NCBI GenBank assembly: GCA_023245155.1
Contig: JAHFKV010000001.1
Coordinates: 203,034 to 267,033 of the forward strand
Length of the DNA stretch: 64,000 bases
Direction of reading: 5' to 3'
From: Candidatus Staskawiczbacteria bacterium
GTDB lineage: Bacteria > Patescibacteriota > Minisyncoccia > Minisyncoccales > Staskawiczbacteraceae
Shown: positions 38,578 through 48,174 of the stretch, one piece after another
How the letters are laid out: each line of letters starts with the position of its first letter
Numbering within the stretch: position 1 is the stretch's first letter
The notes under the pieces: generated by a model
What the model was told of the DNA's origin: nothing
What the model saw: only the letters and a program-made list of their open reading frames with translations
The model's database searches: none
Translations under genes and position numbers: made by a program

Positions 38578-39312
38578 ATGAAAATTATAACTTGGAATAT
38601 TTATAAAAAGAATAAAAATATCCCTAAAGCAGTGGCTTTTTTGAAAAAACAAAAGGCTGACATTATTTGCCTTCAGGAATTTCCCGATACCCATCTTGAT
38701 TTGATCAGGAACTTCGTGGGTCACGTGGCCATGTGCGAAGAAGTGTGGATTTATAAAGACAATCGCAGGCAGGCAACCAGATTGTACACCGTTATCATTT
38801 CCAAATTCCCCATTAAGCAGCACGTTATTATCCCCCACAAAAACACCTATGGGCACATCAGCCGGTATAAGCATTTCCAGGCTGATTCTTCCTATATTGA
38901 CATTGATGCCCCAGAAGGGTTATTCAGGGTTTTTAACTCGCACTTTAAGTGTGTGACGGGGCCCTTGCATAGGCTTTTTCAGTTTGAAGAAGTGGTTGGC
39001 CACTTAAGCCCCGAGAGACACAATATTATTTGCGGCGATTTCAATACTTTCGGCAAACCGCTGGTGAACATCTTTTTATGGAAACTGTTTGGATACAAAA
39101 CCCATGAAATTGCCATTAATGAGAATAAAAATCTGGCCAAGATGTTGAGCGCCTATGGTTTACAAAATCCGCTGCAGCGGCAGGTTACCTTTTGGAAGTT
39201 TCCCGTTCAGTTAGATTATATTTTGGTGCCCGCGCACGTTGAGGTTAAAAAAAAGCGGGCATTTTCAAGGCCGCATGGGTCAGACCACTTTCCCTTGATG
39301 TTGGAGATATGA
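38578..39312 (+). CDS. Endonuclease/exonuclease/phosphatase (EEP) family protein
   Basis: TWN, CLQE, CGDFN, LDYIL, SDH. Confidence 0.9.
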   Translation: MKIITWNIYKKNKNIPKAVAFLKKQKADIICLQEFPDTHLDLIRNFVGHVAMCEEVWIYKDNRRQATRLYTVIISKFPIKQHVIIPHKNTYGHISRYKHFQADSSYIDIDAPEGLFRVFNSHFKCVTGPLHRLFQFEEVVGHLSPERHNIICGDFNTFGKPLVNIFLWKLFGYKTHEIAINENKNLAKMLSAYGLQNPLQRQVTFWKFPVQLDYILVPAHVEVKKKRAFSRPHGSDHFPLMLEI

Positions 39313-39317
39313 TATTG

Positions 39318-39401
39318 TGCCCGAGGTGGGAGTTGAACCCACATGAGATTACTCTCGCGGGATTTTGAGTCCCGTGCGTCTGCCAATTCCGCCACCCGGG
39401 C
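39318..39401 (-). tRNA. tRNA-Leu(CAA), long variable arm, CCA not encoded
   Basis: GCCCGGG/CTCGGGC-A acceptor, GGAATTGGCAGAC D loop, CT-CAA-AA anticodon loop, GGTTCAACTCC T arm. Confidence 0.95.
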
Positions 39402-39435
39402 AAATTGCTAATAATTAGATATTAGCATAAATTGC

Positions 39436-41496
39436 TTATTTTTCAATTTTTGTTTCGCCTTCTCTCTTAAAATCACACTCTTTGCTTGAGCATTTTACTA
39501 AGCCCTTCATGGTTTGTACTAAAATGGATTTGCAGGTTGGGCAGAATTCGTTGATGGGTTTATCCCATGTTGCCATGTCGCAGGCGGGGTATTGGTCACA
39601 TCCATAAAATATTTTGCCGCGCTTGGTTCTTTTGGCGGCCATCTTGCCCTTACCGCATTTTGGGCAGACAATTTCCAGTGTGATGGGTTTGGCACTGCCT
39701 TCAATTTTTACCAAAGATTCGGTGTGTTTGCATTCCGGAAACCCGGTGCAAGCGTAAAACCGGCCAAACCTTCCCAATTTTTCTATCATGGGCTTTTGGC
39801 ACTTTGGGCAAATTTTATCGGTGGCAATATCGGTGTTGGCTTTTTTTACCTCTTCGTATTTTTCTTTTAGATTGGCTTCAAAGGGCACATAAAAATCTTT
39901 GACCGTTTTGCGCCAAGTATCTTTGCCTTCGGCAATTTCGTCTAGCTCTTTTTCCATCTTGGCGGTAAAATCGATGTCTACAATTTGCGGAAAATTTTCG
40001 ATTAATACTTTGTTGACAATGGTGCCCATTTCGGTTGGGTAAAATCGTTTTTGCTCGTTTTTTGCAATGTAGTTTCTGGCTTGCACCGTGCTTAGGGTTG
40101 GAGCGTACGTTGAGGGCCGGCCAATGCCATGTTTTTCCAATGCTTTGATTAAACTCGCTTCGTTGTATCTGGCGGGAGGCTCGGTAAAGTGCTGGCTGGG
40201 TGTGACTGAAACTAATTCAACCGTTTCTTTTTCAGTTAATTTTGGCATTTCTGTCTCTGAAAACTTCATGGGGTAGACTTTCAAAAATCCATCAAACTTT
40301 AAAATTTGGCCGTTGGCGCCAAAAGCATAATTTCCAGCAGAAATTTCTACGGCAGTTGAATCAAATAAAGCGGGCACCATTTGTGATGCTAAAAACCGCT
40401 GCCAGATTAAATTGTACACTTTCCAGCGCGGACCATCTAAATCGGCTTTCAAAGATTCAGGAGTTCTGTCTGCAAAGGTTGGCCTAATAGCTTCGTGGGC
40501 TTCCTGGGCGCCTTTGCCAGCTTTGTAGTGCTTTACATTGGAATAGTTTTCGCCGAAAGATTGGGTGATGAATTTCTTGGCGCCATCCAAAGAAGATTGC
40601 GATAAATTGAGCGAGTCGGTGCGGTGATACGTAATATGCCCTTCTTCATATAATTTTTGGGCCAGCGACATCGTCATTTTGGCCGAGTAGCCAAATTTAT
40701 TGGCGGCGGACTGCTGAAGCGTACTAGTGGTAAATGGAGGTAGGGGATTTTTCTTGGTTTCTTTTTTTTCTACTTTTTCTATGATATATGTTGCATTTTC
40801 TAAGCCTTTTAAAATTTCATCAGCTTCAACTTTAGTTTTTACTTCCAATTTATCAACCGGCTTACCATCTTTTTTAGTTAAATGAGCTTCAAATTCCTTA
40901 TCTGCTTTTTTCAGCAACGCTAACACTTCCCAATATTCAACAGCAATAAATTTTTTAATTTCTTCTTCTTTTTCAACCACTAGTTTTACGGCTACGGACT
41001 GCACTCTTCCGGCCGAAAGTCCTTTGGAAACTTTTTTCCACAAAAATGGGGATAATTTATAGCCCACCAGTCTATCTAAAACCCGGCGCGCCTGCTGGGC
41101 ATTCACCAAATTCATATCAATTTTTCCTGGATGCGCCAACGCTTCATCAATGGCCGTTTTGGTAATTTCGTGAAAAACAATTCGCTTTGGATTTTCTAAA
41201 TTCAGAGCTTGCATTAAGTGCCAGCTAATACTTTCCCCTTCGCGATCTTGGTCGGTGGCTAAAATGGTGTTTTCCGCGGCTTTAGAGGCTTTCTTTAATT
41301 CGGTAATGACTTTTCTAGCTTTGGTAGGAATAACATACTGGGGCTCAAAATCTTTTTCCACATCCACGCCCAATTTTGACTTTGGTAAATCCCGTACATG
41401 CCCAAAAGACGACAATATTTTATACTTCTTGCCACCTAAAAACTTTTGAATGGTCTTCGCCTTAGTTGGGCTTTCTACGATTACGAGATCAGTCAT
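39436..41496 (-). CDS. topA: DNA topoisomerase I
   Basis: IVESPTK, ATD.DREGE, SAGRVQS, ITYHRTDS, C4 zinc ribbons. Confidence 0.98.
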   Translation of the reverse strand: MTDLVIVESPTKAKTIQKFLGGKKYKILSSFGHVRDLPKSKLGVDVEKDFEPQYVIPTKARKVITELKKASKAAENTILATDQDREGESISWHLMQALNLENPKRIVFHEITKTAIDEALAHPGKIDMNLVNAQQARRVLDRLVGYKLSPFLWKKVSKGLSAGRVQSVAVKLVVEKEEEIKKFIAVEYWEVLALLKKADKEFEAHLTKKDGKPVDKLEVKTKVEADEILKGLENATYIIEKVEKKETKKNPLPPFTTSTLQQSAANKFGYSAKMTMSLAQKLYEEGHITYHRTDSLNLSQSSLDGAKKFITQSFGENYSNVKHYKAGKGAQEAHEAIRPTFADRTPESLKADLDGPRWKVYNLIWQRFLASQMVPALFDSTAVEISAGNYAFGANGQILKFDGFLKVYPMKFSETEMPKLTEKETVELVSVTPSQHFTEPPARYNEASLIKALEKHGIGRPSTYAPTLSTVQARNYIAKNEQKRFYPTEMGTIVNKVLIENFPQIVDIDFTAKMEKELDEIAEGKDTWRKTVKDFYVPFEANLKEKYEEVKKANTDIATDKICPKCQKPMIEKLGRFGRFYACTGFPECKHTESLVKIEGSAKPITLEIVCPKCGKGKMAAKRTKRGKIFYGCDQYPACDMATWDKPINEFCPTCKSILVQTMKGLVKCSSKECDFKREGETKIEK

Positions 41497-41503
41497 AAAC
41501 TTT

Positions 41504-42595
41504 TTATGATGTTTTATTATTTTTTAAAATATTATAGTAAATTTTTTCATATTCCTCTGCCATTTTTTTTGCTGTAAATTCTTTTTGAACATGTGCTCTG
41601 CAGTTAAAACTCATTTTTTCGTATTCATCACTGGGCATGGCGGCTATTTTTTTTACCGCCGTTATTATAGCCCCCATATTATCTTTCTCTATAATAAAAC
41701 CAGTTTCTCCATGCTTTATGATTTCTGATACGCTGCCTCGGTCAAAAGTGATTACCGGTTTTCCAGAAGCCATGGCTTCAATAAAAACAAGGCCAAAAGG
41801 TTCTTCCCATTGGATGGGCGAAATTAAAGCAATTGCGTTTTTTAAAAAATCGCTTTTTTCCCTTGGTCCCACTTCTCCTAAAAATTGGATTTGTTGGCCA
41901 TCAATCAGTGGCTTAATTTCTTTTTCAAAATAATCTTTATCACTTGTGGATTTTGCAGCTATTTTTAATGTTACGCCCGCCTCTTTTGCAATAAGGATTG
42001 CTTCCTTAATTCCTTTTTCTGGAGATGTTCTACCTAAAAATGCAAAGTAATTTCCTTTTTCTTTTGAAAATTCATATTTATTTAGATCAATACCATTGTA
42101 AACGTTTCCAATATAATTTAAATCAGACATACCATTCCTTTGGCTGTTTGATATTGAAACATAGTTAGCTTTTTTAAAGTTTTCGTAAATTACTTTACTA
42201 TACTTGTTGTAAAATCCAATAGGGGCGTGAAGTGTAGTTATCATAGGAGGCTTAATGATATCAATAAATGGTACAATCATGGTTCCACAGTGATTGTGTA
42301 CAATATCAACCTCTAAATTATTAAGATACTTTAAAATTCTTCCTGCGCACAGTAAGTTCATTTTTTCTTCCCACTTTTGATCATGGTTTTCTGGATACTG
42401 GCGGAAATTTTGAGGCAGAATCGGTAACAATTCAGCGCTTGTGTTTGAGTTTCCCGTTGCTAAAAGATATACCTTGTGGCCTTTTTTGACCAGTTCCTCA
42501 CTTAGGTTATAGGCTACAAATTCTATCGCACCGAATTTTTCTGGTGGAACAGATTCATATAGCGGAGATATTATCGCTATTTTTAATTTTTTCAT
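41504..42595 (-). CDS. GT4 family glycosyltransferase (low GC)
   Basis: VPP..FGAIE, FLGR.SPEKG, EEPFGLVFIEAMASG.PVI. Confidence 0.92.
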   Translation of the reverse strand: MKKLKIAIISPLYESVPPEKFGAIEFVAYNLSEELVKKGHKVYLLATGNSNTSAELLPILPQNFRQYPENHDQKWEEKMNLLCAGRILKYLNNLEVDIVHNHCGTMIVPFIDIIKPPMITTLHAPIGFYNKYSKVIYENFKKANYVSISNSQRNGMSDLNYIGNVYNGIDLNKYEFSKEKGNYFAFLGRTSPEKGIKEAILIAKEAGVTLKIAAKSTSDKDYFEKEIKPLIDGQQIQFLGEVGPREKSDFLKNAIALISPIQWEEPFGLVFIEAMASGKPVITFDRGSVSEIIKHGETGFIIEKDNMGAIITAVKKIAAMPSDEYEKMSFNCRAHVQKEFTAKKMAEEYEKIYYNILKNNKTS

Positions 42596-42598
42596 TTT

Positions 42599-43465
42599 TT
42601 AATTTAATGCATATGTGTTTCCCCCTAAGTTTCGTATCTTACCTGAAATTTCCATTAAGGCAAGCGTGGAGCCGACAACGGGCGCGCTTAATTTGGTTTT
42701 TTTAATGATGGCATCAATGTACAAACTTTCTTCTTGGAGGGCGTCAAAAATGAGTTCTTCATCGGCATTTTGGGCGACCGGCGCTTGTTGTAAAACCTTC
42801 TTGGGATCAATATCTAATACATCAAAAATATCCTGCGCGCTTTCGGTTAATGTTGCCCCGGCTTTAATTAATTTGTTGGGCCCTTCGGCGTTTAAGGTGT
42901 AAATCGGTCCGGGAACGGCAAACAATTTCTTTTTTTGTTGGATGGCAAGGTTAGCAGTTACCAGTGTGCCCGATGCCATTTTGGCTTCCACCACTAACAC
43001 CCCCAAACTTAATGCTACCACAATTCGGTTTCTTTCCGGAAAATTTCCAGCGTAACCTGGCGTGCCTTCTATGTATTCCGAAATCAAGCAACCGCCGGTT
43101 TTGACAATTTGCCGGGATAATTCTAAATTCTGTTTTGGGTAAATTGATTTTTCATCCAGCCCCGTGCCAAGCACAGCAATGGTTCGCGTACCTCTTTCCA
43201 CGCACGCTTGATGGGCAAACGTATCAATGCCCGGCGCCATACCTGACACGATTACTAATCTGGCGCCTAATAGTTCTTGGGTAATTTTTATAGTAGCTCG
43301 CTGGCCGTAATCAGAAGGCCTGCGCGTTCCTACAACAGCAAAACACTTTTCTTTATTGGTGGGCAAAATTCCGCGATAATATAATAATTTCGGTGCGCTA
43401 GAAATCTTTTTGAGCAACGCCGGATAGTTTTTGTCAGTGATTTTTATGGATTTGATCAAGTCCAT
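42599..43465 (-). CDS. dprA: DNA-processing protein DprA
   Basis: AVVGTR, VSGMAPGID, F.ERNRI, SGTL.TA, AVPG. Confidence 0.95.
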   Translation of the reverse strand: MDLIKSIKITDKNYPALLKKISSAPKLLYYRGILPTNKEKCFAVVGTRRPSDYGQRATIKITQELLGARLVIVSGMAPGIDTFAHQACVERGTRTIAVLGTGLDEKSIYPKQNLELSRQIVKTGGCLISEYIEGTPGYAGNFPERNRIVVALSLGVLVVEAKMASGTLVTANLAIQQKKKLFAVPGPIYTLNAEGPNKLIKAGATLTESAQDIFDVLDIDPKKVLQQAPVAQNADEELIFDALQEESLYIDAIIKKTKLSAPVVGSTLALMEISGKIRNLGGNTYALN

Positions 43466-43485
43466 GGATACATGATAGCATATTT

Positions 43486-45435
43486 TTATGTGCGCAGTTT
43501 TTCCACGGACTCCGCTAACATCTGGCAGTATAAATTCAAGCCAATTTTATTGATTGAACCAGATTGTTCTTTGCCTAAAACGTTTCCCGCGCCACGGAGT
43601 TCTAAATCTTTAATGGCGATTTGATAACCTGCTCCCAATTCTTTGGCTTCACCAAGTGCTCGCAATCTCTCTTTAGCTAGTGGCGGCATATTTTTGGGAT
43701 GGAAAAAATAAGCGTAGCTTTTAATATGGCTCCGACCCACGCGCCCGCGGATTTGGTATGCCTGCGCCAAACCGAGACGGGAGGTGTCTTCTATAATAAT
43801 CGTATTTACGTTTGGCAAATCAATGCCGTTTTCTATAATGGTAGTAGCAACGAGAATATCAGTTTTCTTGGCTGTAAAATTCTCCATACTCTTTAAAATT
43901 TGCTGCTCTGTCATGCGGCCGTGGATGGAAGCAATCTTGGTTTCAGGCAACAATTTTTGCATGCGTTTGACGGTTGTATCAATGCTGGCAACCCGATTGT
44001 GCAAAAAATACACTTGCCCGCCGCGGGCCAGTTCAAATTCAACAGCACTTTTTACCGCTGATTTTTTGTATAAAGAAATGTGGGTATGGATTGCACTGCG
44101 TCCCAATGGGGGTGTTTGCATCAAAGAAATGTTTTTAAAGCTTGAAAGCGCCAAATAAATGGTGCGGGGGATGGGCGTGGCTGAAAGGCTAAGTAAATCC
44201 AGCGCCGGGCGGCCCTGGCGCAATTTTTCTTTTTGTTTTACGCCAAAACGCTGTTCATCATCAAGGATGAGCAGCTGCAAGTTTTTAAATGCAATGTCGT
44301 TAGACAAAATACGATGCGTGCCGATGATAATGTCAACTTTTCCTTCGGAGATTTCTTTGATTACTTTTTTCTGTTCAGCCGCGCTTTGCAGTCTTGAAAG
44401 TTGCCCCACTCTAATGGGCAGTTTGGCAAAGCGGTGTTTAAAATTATTAAAATGCTGATTGGCTAAAATGGTGGTTGGGCAGATGATGGCTGTCTGGTAA
44501 TTATTGCTAGCTGCCAGGAGAGAAGTTCGCATAGCAATTTCTGTTTTTCCAAAACCAACGTCTCCGCACACAATCCTATCCATGGGTCTTTCTTTCTGCA
44601 AATCTGTGGTGATATCTTCTAGGGCTTGCAACTGGTCGGGAGTTTCTTGGTATAAAAAACCGGCCTTGAATTGTTCCAGTAATTCTTTATCAATTTCATA
44701 GGGTCTGCGGGTAATAATTTCTTTTTCAGCGTACAAAGCCAATAATTCTTTAGCTAATTTTTCAACATCTTCTTTGATTTTACGTTTGGTTTTTTGCCAT
44801 ATGCTTGAACCTAAACGAGAAACCGGGGGATCGGTGAATCCCGCATATCGTGATAACTTTCTTTCTAAGCCAACGGGGACATAGAGAATATCTTTTTCTG
44901 CATATTCTAATTTGTAAAAATCTTGGTCGCCAATTCTTTCAATGCCCGCAAACTTAGCCACGCCGTGGTCAAGGTGCACCAAATAATCTCCGGGTTTGAG
45001 ATTTTTAAGATCAGAAAATAATTTCTGCGATTTTAATTTTTTCTGGAGAACCTCTCGAGATTTCTTTTCGCCTTCAACTTTAATATCTAGTTTAGTAATA
45101 TTTTCCAGAGTATTTCCCAGAAAATCCAAACGAATCGCGTTGAGCGTATTGACTGGGAAAATTTCTAAGATTCCTCCTATTTGTGAAAATTCTCCGGGGT
45201 CCTGGACGGTAAACACCTTTTCATACCCCATTTCGTCTAACTTGCGAAGTAGCTGCATGAATTCAACTTTGTGTCCAACCTGTAAAAACACGATGTTATC
45301 CTGAAAAAACTGCTGTTTTTTAGCTGATTGCAGTATTTGCTCTAGATTTTCCTGGAACCAAAAAACCTGCTTTTCTAAAAAGTAGGGGGTGATTGAAGCC
45401 ACCAATAGATGGCGCATGTTATCCGCTTGTTTCAT
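43486..45435 (-). CDS. mfd: Shortened transcription-repair coupling factor (start may be 45417)
   Basis: CarD-like VHLDHG, ETPDQ, GDVGFGKTE, DDEQRFG, SATPIPRT, QIRGRVGR, DLELRGAG. Confidence 0.9.
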   Translation of the reverse strand: MKQADNMRHLLVASITPYFLEKQVFWFQENLEQILQSAKKQQFFQDNIVFLQVGHKVEFMQLLRKLDEMGYEKVFTVQDPGEFSQIGGILEIFPVNTLNAIRLDFLGNTLENITKLDIKVEGEKKSREVLQKKLKSQKLFSDLKNLKPGDYLVHLDHGVAKFAGIERIGDQDFYKLEYAEKDILYVPVGLERKLSRYAGFTDPPVSRLGSSIWQKTKRKIKEDVEKLAKELLALYAEKEIITRRPYEIDKELLEQFKAGFLYQETPDQLQALEDITTDLQKERPMDRIVCGDVGFGKTEIAMRTSLLAASNNYQTAIICPTTILANQHFNNFKHRFAKLPIRVGQLSRLQSAAEQKKVIKEISEGKVDIIIGTHRILSNDIAFKNLQLLILDDEQRFGVKQKEKLRQGRPALDLLSLSATPIPRTIYLALSSFKNISLMQTPPLGRSAIHTHISLYKKSAVKSAVEFELARGGQVYFLHNRVASIDTTVKRMQKLLPETKIASIHGRMTEQQILKSMENFTAKKTDILVATTIIENGIDLPNVNTIIIEDTSRLGLAQAYQIRGRVGRSHIKSYAYFFHPKNMPPLAKERLRALGEAKELGAGYQIAIKDLELRGAGNVLGKEQSGSINKIGLNLYCQMLAESVEKLRT

Positions 45436-45961
45436 TCATAGTGTTTAATGTTTCAGCTATTTGAGGAAACACCGACTGTAGTGTTTCATATTGTTCTGGA
45501 GTAAACTTTTCTAAGACCACATCCTCGGCTTTCTGGGTTGAGTCAACTTCAACGCCAATTTTTATTCTCAAGAATTCTTTCGTGCCCAGAGCAGTAATGA
45601 TAGAGTCCACTCCTTTGTGGCCACCAGCTCCGCTTTCTTGGGTGATTTTTATTTTTCCCAAGGGGACATCAATATCGTCGTGAACAACAACGAGCTTCGC
45701 TTGATTATTTTTCATAACTGCTGCCACGGATTTTCCACTTTCATTCATGAATGTTTGCGGCTTAACTAACATCACATCATCCCTGCCCTGAGCCGTGTCG
45801 AAGGGTTTTTCTGAAACCAAAGCATTATACTTTTTTGAAAGCTCAAACTCGGGGAAATGATTTTCCTTGGCAAAAAAATCTAAGGCTTCAAAACCGGCAT
45901 TGTGGCGCGTTTTATTAAACTTTTCGCCCGGGTTTCCCAAACCAATAATTACCGTTGTCAT
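45419..45961 (-). CDS. pth: Peptidyl-tRNA hydrolase
   Basis: GLGNPG...TRHNAG, KPQTFMN.SG, HDD, GGHKG; start moved to 45961. Confidence 0.95.
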   Translation of the reverse strand: MTTVIIGLGNPGEKFNKTRHNAGFEALDFFAKENHFPEFELSKKYNALVSEKPFDTAQGRDDVMLVKPQTFMNESGKSVAAVMKNNQAKLVVVHDDIDVPLGKIKITQESGAGGHKGVDSIITALGTKEFLRIKIGVEVDSTQKAEDVVLEKFTPEQYETLQSVFPQIAETLNTMNETSG

Positions 45962-46046
45962 GTTACCTACATCATATATGCTTTTGTCAGCATTGACAAT
46001 AATACCTATCTTGCAATCCTGAAAAAAATATGTTACATTACGTGCT

Positions 46047-46646
46047 ATGGATGAGCAATTATCTCCCCAAGTAATCCCTCCCGAGCCAGAGAATATTTTT
46101 AAAAAGTACGCTCTTTTCGGCTGGGAAATCATTAAAATTTTAATTATCGCAGGCATTATTGTGCTGCCCATCCGTTATTTTTTATTCCAACCCTTTATTG
46201 TTAAAGGTGACAGCATGGTGCCGAATTTCCATTCAGGAGATTACCTAATTGTAGATGAGATTTCATATCGGTTGCACACACCCGCCCGCGGAGATGTGGT
46301 AGTGCTCAAATATCCTCTAAATACAACCCAGCGGTTTATCAAGCGTATCATTGGCCTGCCTGGCGAAACCGTTGATGTGAAAAATGGCATAGTTACCGTT
46401 ACCGAAAGCGACGGCAAGGCCATGGTATTGAATGAAAAAGATTATATTCCCGGCTCTTTCACCACCGATGGCACTATACATACCGTGCTCACCGGCGACC
46501 AATATTTTGTGATGGGCGACAACCGGCCTTTTTCTTACGATTCGCGGAGGTGGGGGGTGCTGCCAAAAGAAGATATTATCGGCCGGGCTTTGTTGAGGAT
46601 TTTCCCGTTTTCTCATATTTCATATCTTTCAAATCCAAATTACTAA
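46047..46646 (+). CDS. lepB: Signal peptidase I
   Basis: GDSM.P, IKRIIGLPG, GDNR..S.DSR.WG. Confidence 0.96.
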   Translation: MDEQLSPQVIPPEPENIFKKYALFGWEIIKILIIAGIIVLPIRYFLFQPFIVKGDSMVPNFHSGDYLIVDEISYRLHTPARGDVVVLKYPLNTTQRFIKRIIGLPGETVDVKNGIVTVTESDGKAMVLNEKDYIPGSFTTDGTIHTVLTGDQYFVMGDNRPFSYDSRRWGVLPKEDIIGRALLRIFPFSHISYLSNPNY

Positions 46647-46647
46647 G

Positions 46648-47943
46648 ATGACAGAAAAAAAATTAAAATTACGAAGCTTAAGTGGCTTCAACGATATTTT
46701 ACCAAAAGACCAACCGTATTTTAAAAAAATACAAAAGTCTCTTGAAAGCACCACAAGTTATTACAACTTCCAAAAAATAGAAGTGCCGGTTTTAGAATTT
46801 GCCGAAGTGTTTTCAAAAGCCGCCGGCGGCACTTCTGATATTGTTGAAAAAGAAATGTATTCTTTCCGTACCAAGGGGGGAGATTTGGTTTGTTTAAGGC
46901 CGGAATTTACCCCGGGCGTGGTGCGCAGCTACATTGAACATGGTATGTACAATTTACCCCAGCCGGTGAAAGTGTGGGCTTGCGGCCCCTGTTTCCGCCA
47001 TGACCGGCCTCAAAAAGGCAGGTATCGCCAATTTTTTCAGGCAAGTTTAGAGGCTTTGGGAGACAAAAGCCCTTCCATTGACGGCCAGATCATCCAAATG
47101 AGTTATGATGTTTTAAAAGATTTAGGATTTAAGAATATCAACATTCAGGTAAACAGCATTGGGGATAACGAATGCCGGCCCTACTTTAAAAAGATTTTGG
47201 TAGGATATTTCAAGTCAAAAAAATCCGCACTATGTTCAGATTGCCAGCGCCGGTTAAGAGAAAACCCGTTAAGAATTCTAGATTGCAAAGAAGAAAAATG
47301 CCAGCAAGTAAAATCGGGTGCTCCCCAAATTGTGGATCATTTGTGTGAAACCTGCCACAAGCACTTTAAACAAGTTCTGGAATTTTTGGATGAATTGGAA
47401 TTACCGTACTCTTTAAATCCGTATTTGGTGCGCGGCTTGGATTATTACACCAAAACCGTATTTGAAATTTCTGAAAAAAGCGATATCGGAACAGAATACG
47501 GATCTTTAGCTTCGGGCGGTCGGTATGATGGCTTGGTAAAATTATTGGGCGGCCGTGATACGCCAGCTTGCGGGGTGGGCATCGGCATTTCAAGGATTAT
47601 GGAATTGATGATGGAAAAAGAAATGAAAACGGAGAAAAAGCCGGTAGAGGGTCCAAAAATATTCCTGGCCCAGTTGGGAGAAATGGCCAAGCGCAAAAGT
47701 TTGAAGCTGTTTGAAAAATTCCGCGATGAGAAAATTCCAGTGGCAGAATCTTTTTCTAAAGATTCGCTGCGCAGCCAGTTGAGCACTGCTAACAAAATGG
47801 GAATCCGTTGGGTATTGATTTTCGGCCAACGGGAAGCATTGGAAGGCTTTATTACGTTGCGGGATATGGAAAGCGGAGTACAAACGGAAATCACATTAGA
47901 CAAGGTCGTAGAAGAAATGAAGAAAAAAGTAAATAAAAAATAG
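46648..47943 (+). CDS. hisS: Histidine--tRNA ligase
   Basis: KEMY, LRPE.T, RPQKGRYRQF.Q, VRGLDYY, GGRYD. Confidence 0.97.
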   Translation: MTEKKLKLRSLSGFNDILPKDQPYFKKIQKSLESTTSYYNFQKIEVPVLEFAEVFSKAAGGTSDIVEKEMYSFRTKGGDLVCLRPEFTPGVVRSYIEHGMYNLPQPVKVWACGPCFRHDRPQKGRYRQFFQASLEALGDKSPSIDGQIIQMSYDVLKDLGFKNINIQVNSIGDNECRPYFKKILVGYFKSKKSALCSDCQRRLRENPLRILDCKEEKCQQVKSGAPQIVDHLCETCHKHFKQVLEFLDELELPYSLNPYLVRGLDYYTKTVFEISEKSDIGTEYGSLASGGRYDGLVKLLGGRDTPACGVGIGISRIMELMMEKEMKTEKKPVEGPKIFLAQLGEMAKRKSLKLFEKFRDEKIPVAESFSKDSLRSQLSTANKMGIRWVLIFGQREALEGFITLRDMESGVQTEITLDKVVEEMKKKVNKK

Positions 47944-47955
47944 TAATACAAAACT

Positions 47956-48174
47956 ATGCCAGTCCAAGTAACAAAAAAAGACCGGGAAACCTCACAAAAC
48001 TTGGTTCACCGGTTTACTAAAACCGTGCGGGGGTCGGGACTTTTACTCCAGGTGCGCAGCAAACAATTCAAAAAGCGGGCAAAGTCAGCCTTGGCTAAAA
48101 AAAGATCAGCCCTAAGGCGAGTTACCATGCGGGCCGAGAAAAAGATGGCCGAAAAATTAGCTAAACCGAAATAA
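47956..48174 (+). CDS. rpsU: 30S ribosomal protein bS21-like
   Basis: Small basic protein V....E....L..RF.K.V..SG; next to YqeY gene as in the usual rpsU-yqeY pair. Confidence 0.7.
   Translation: MPVQVTKKDRETSQNLVHRFTKTVRGSGLLLQVRSKQFKKRAKSALAKKRSALRRVTMRAEKKMAEKLAKPK

Noticed and set aside
39312..39435. Possible integrative element at tRNA-Leu
   Set aside because: No integrase and no duplicated tRNA 3' end (att site) seen in the window.
45962..46171. Long N-terminal extension of pth in the ORF track
   Set aside because: Overlaps divergent lepB; Pth homology begins at ATG 45961.
16931..47943. Concentration of six aminoacyl-tRNA synthetases
   Set aside because: Expected in a small genome dominated by information-processing genes.
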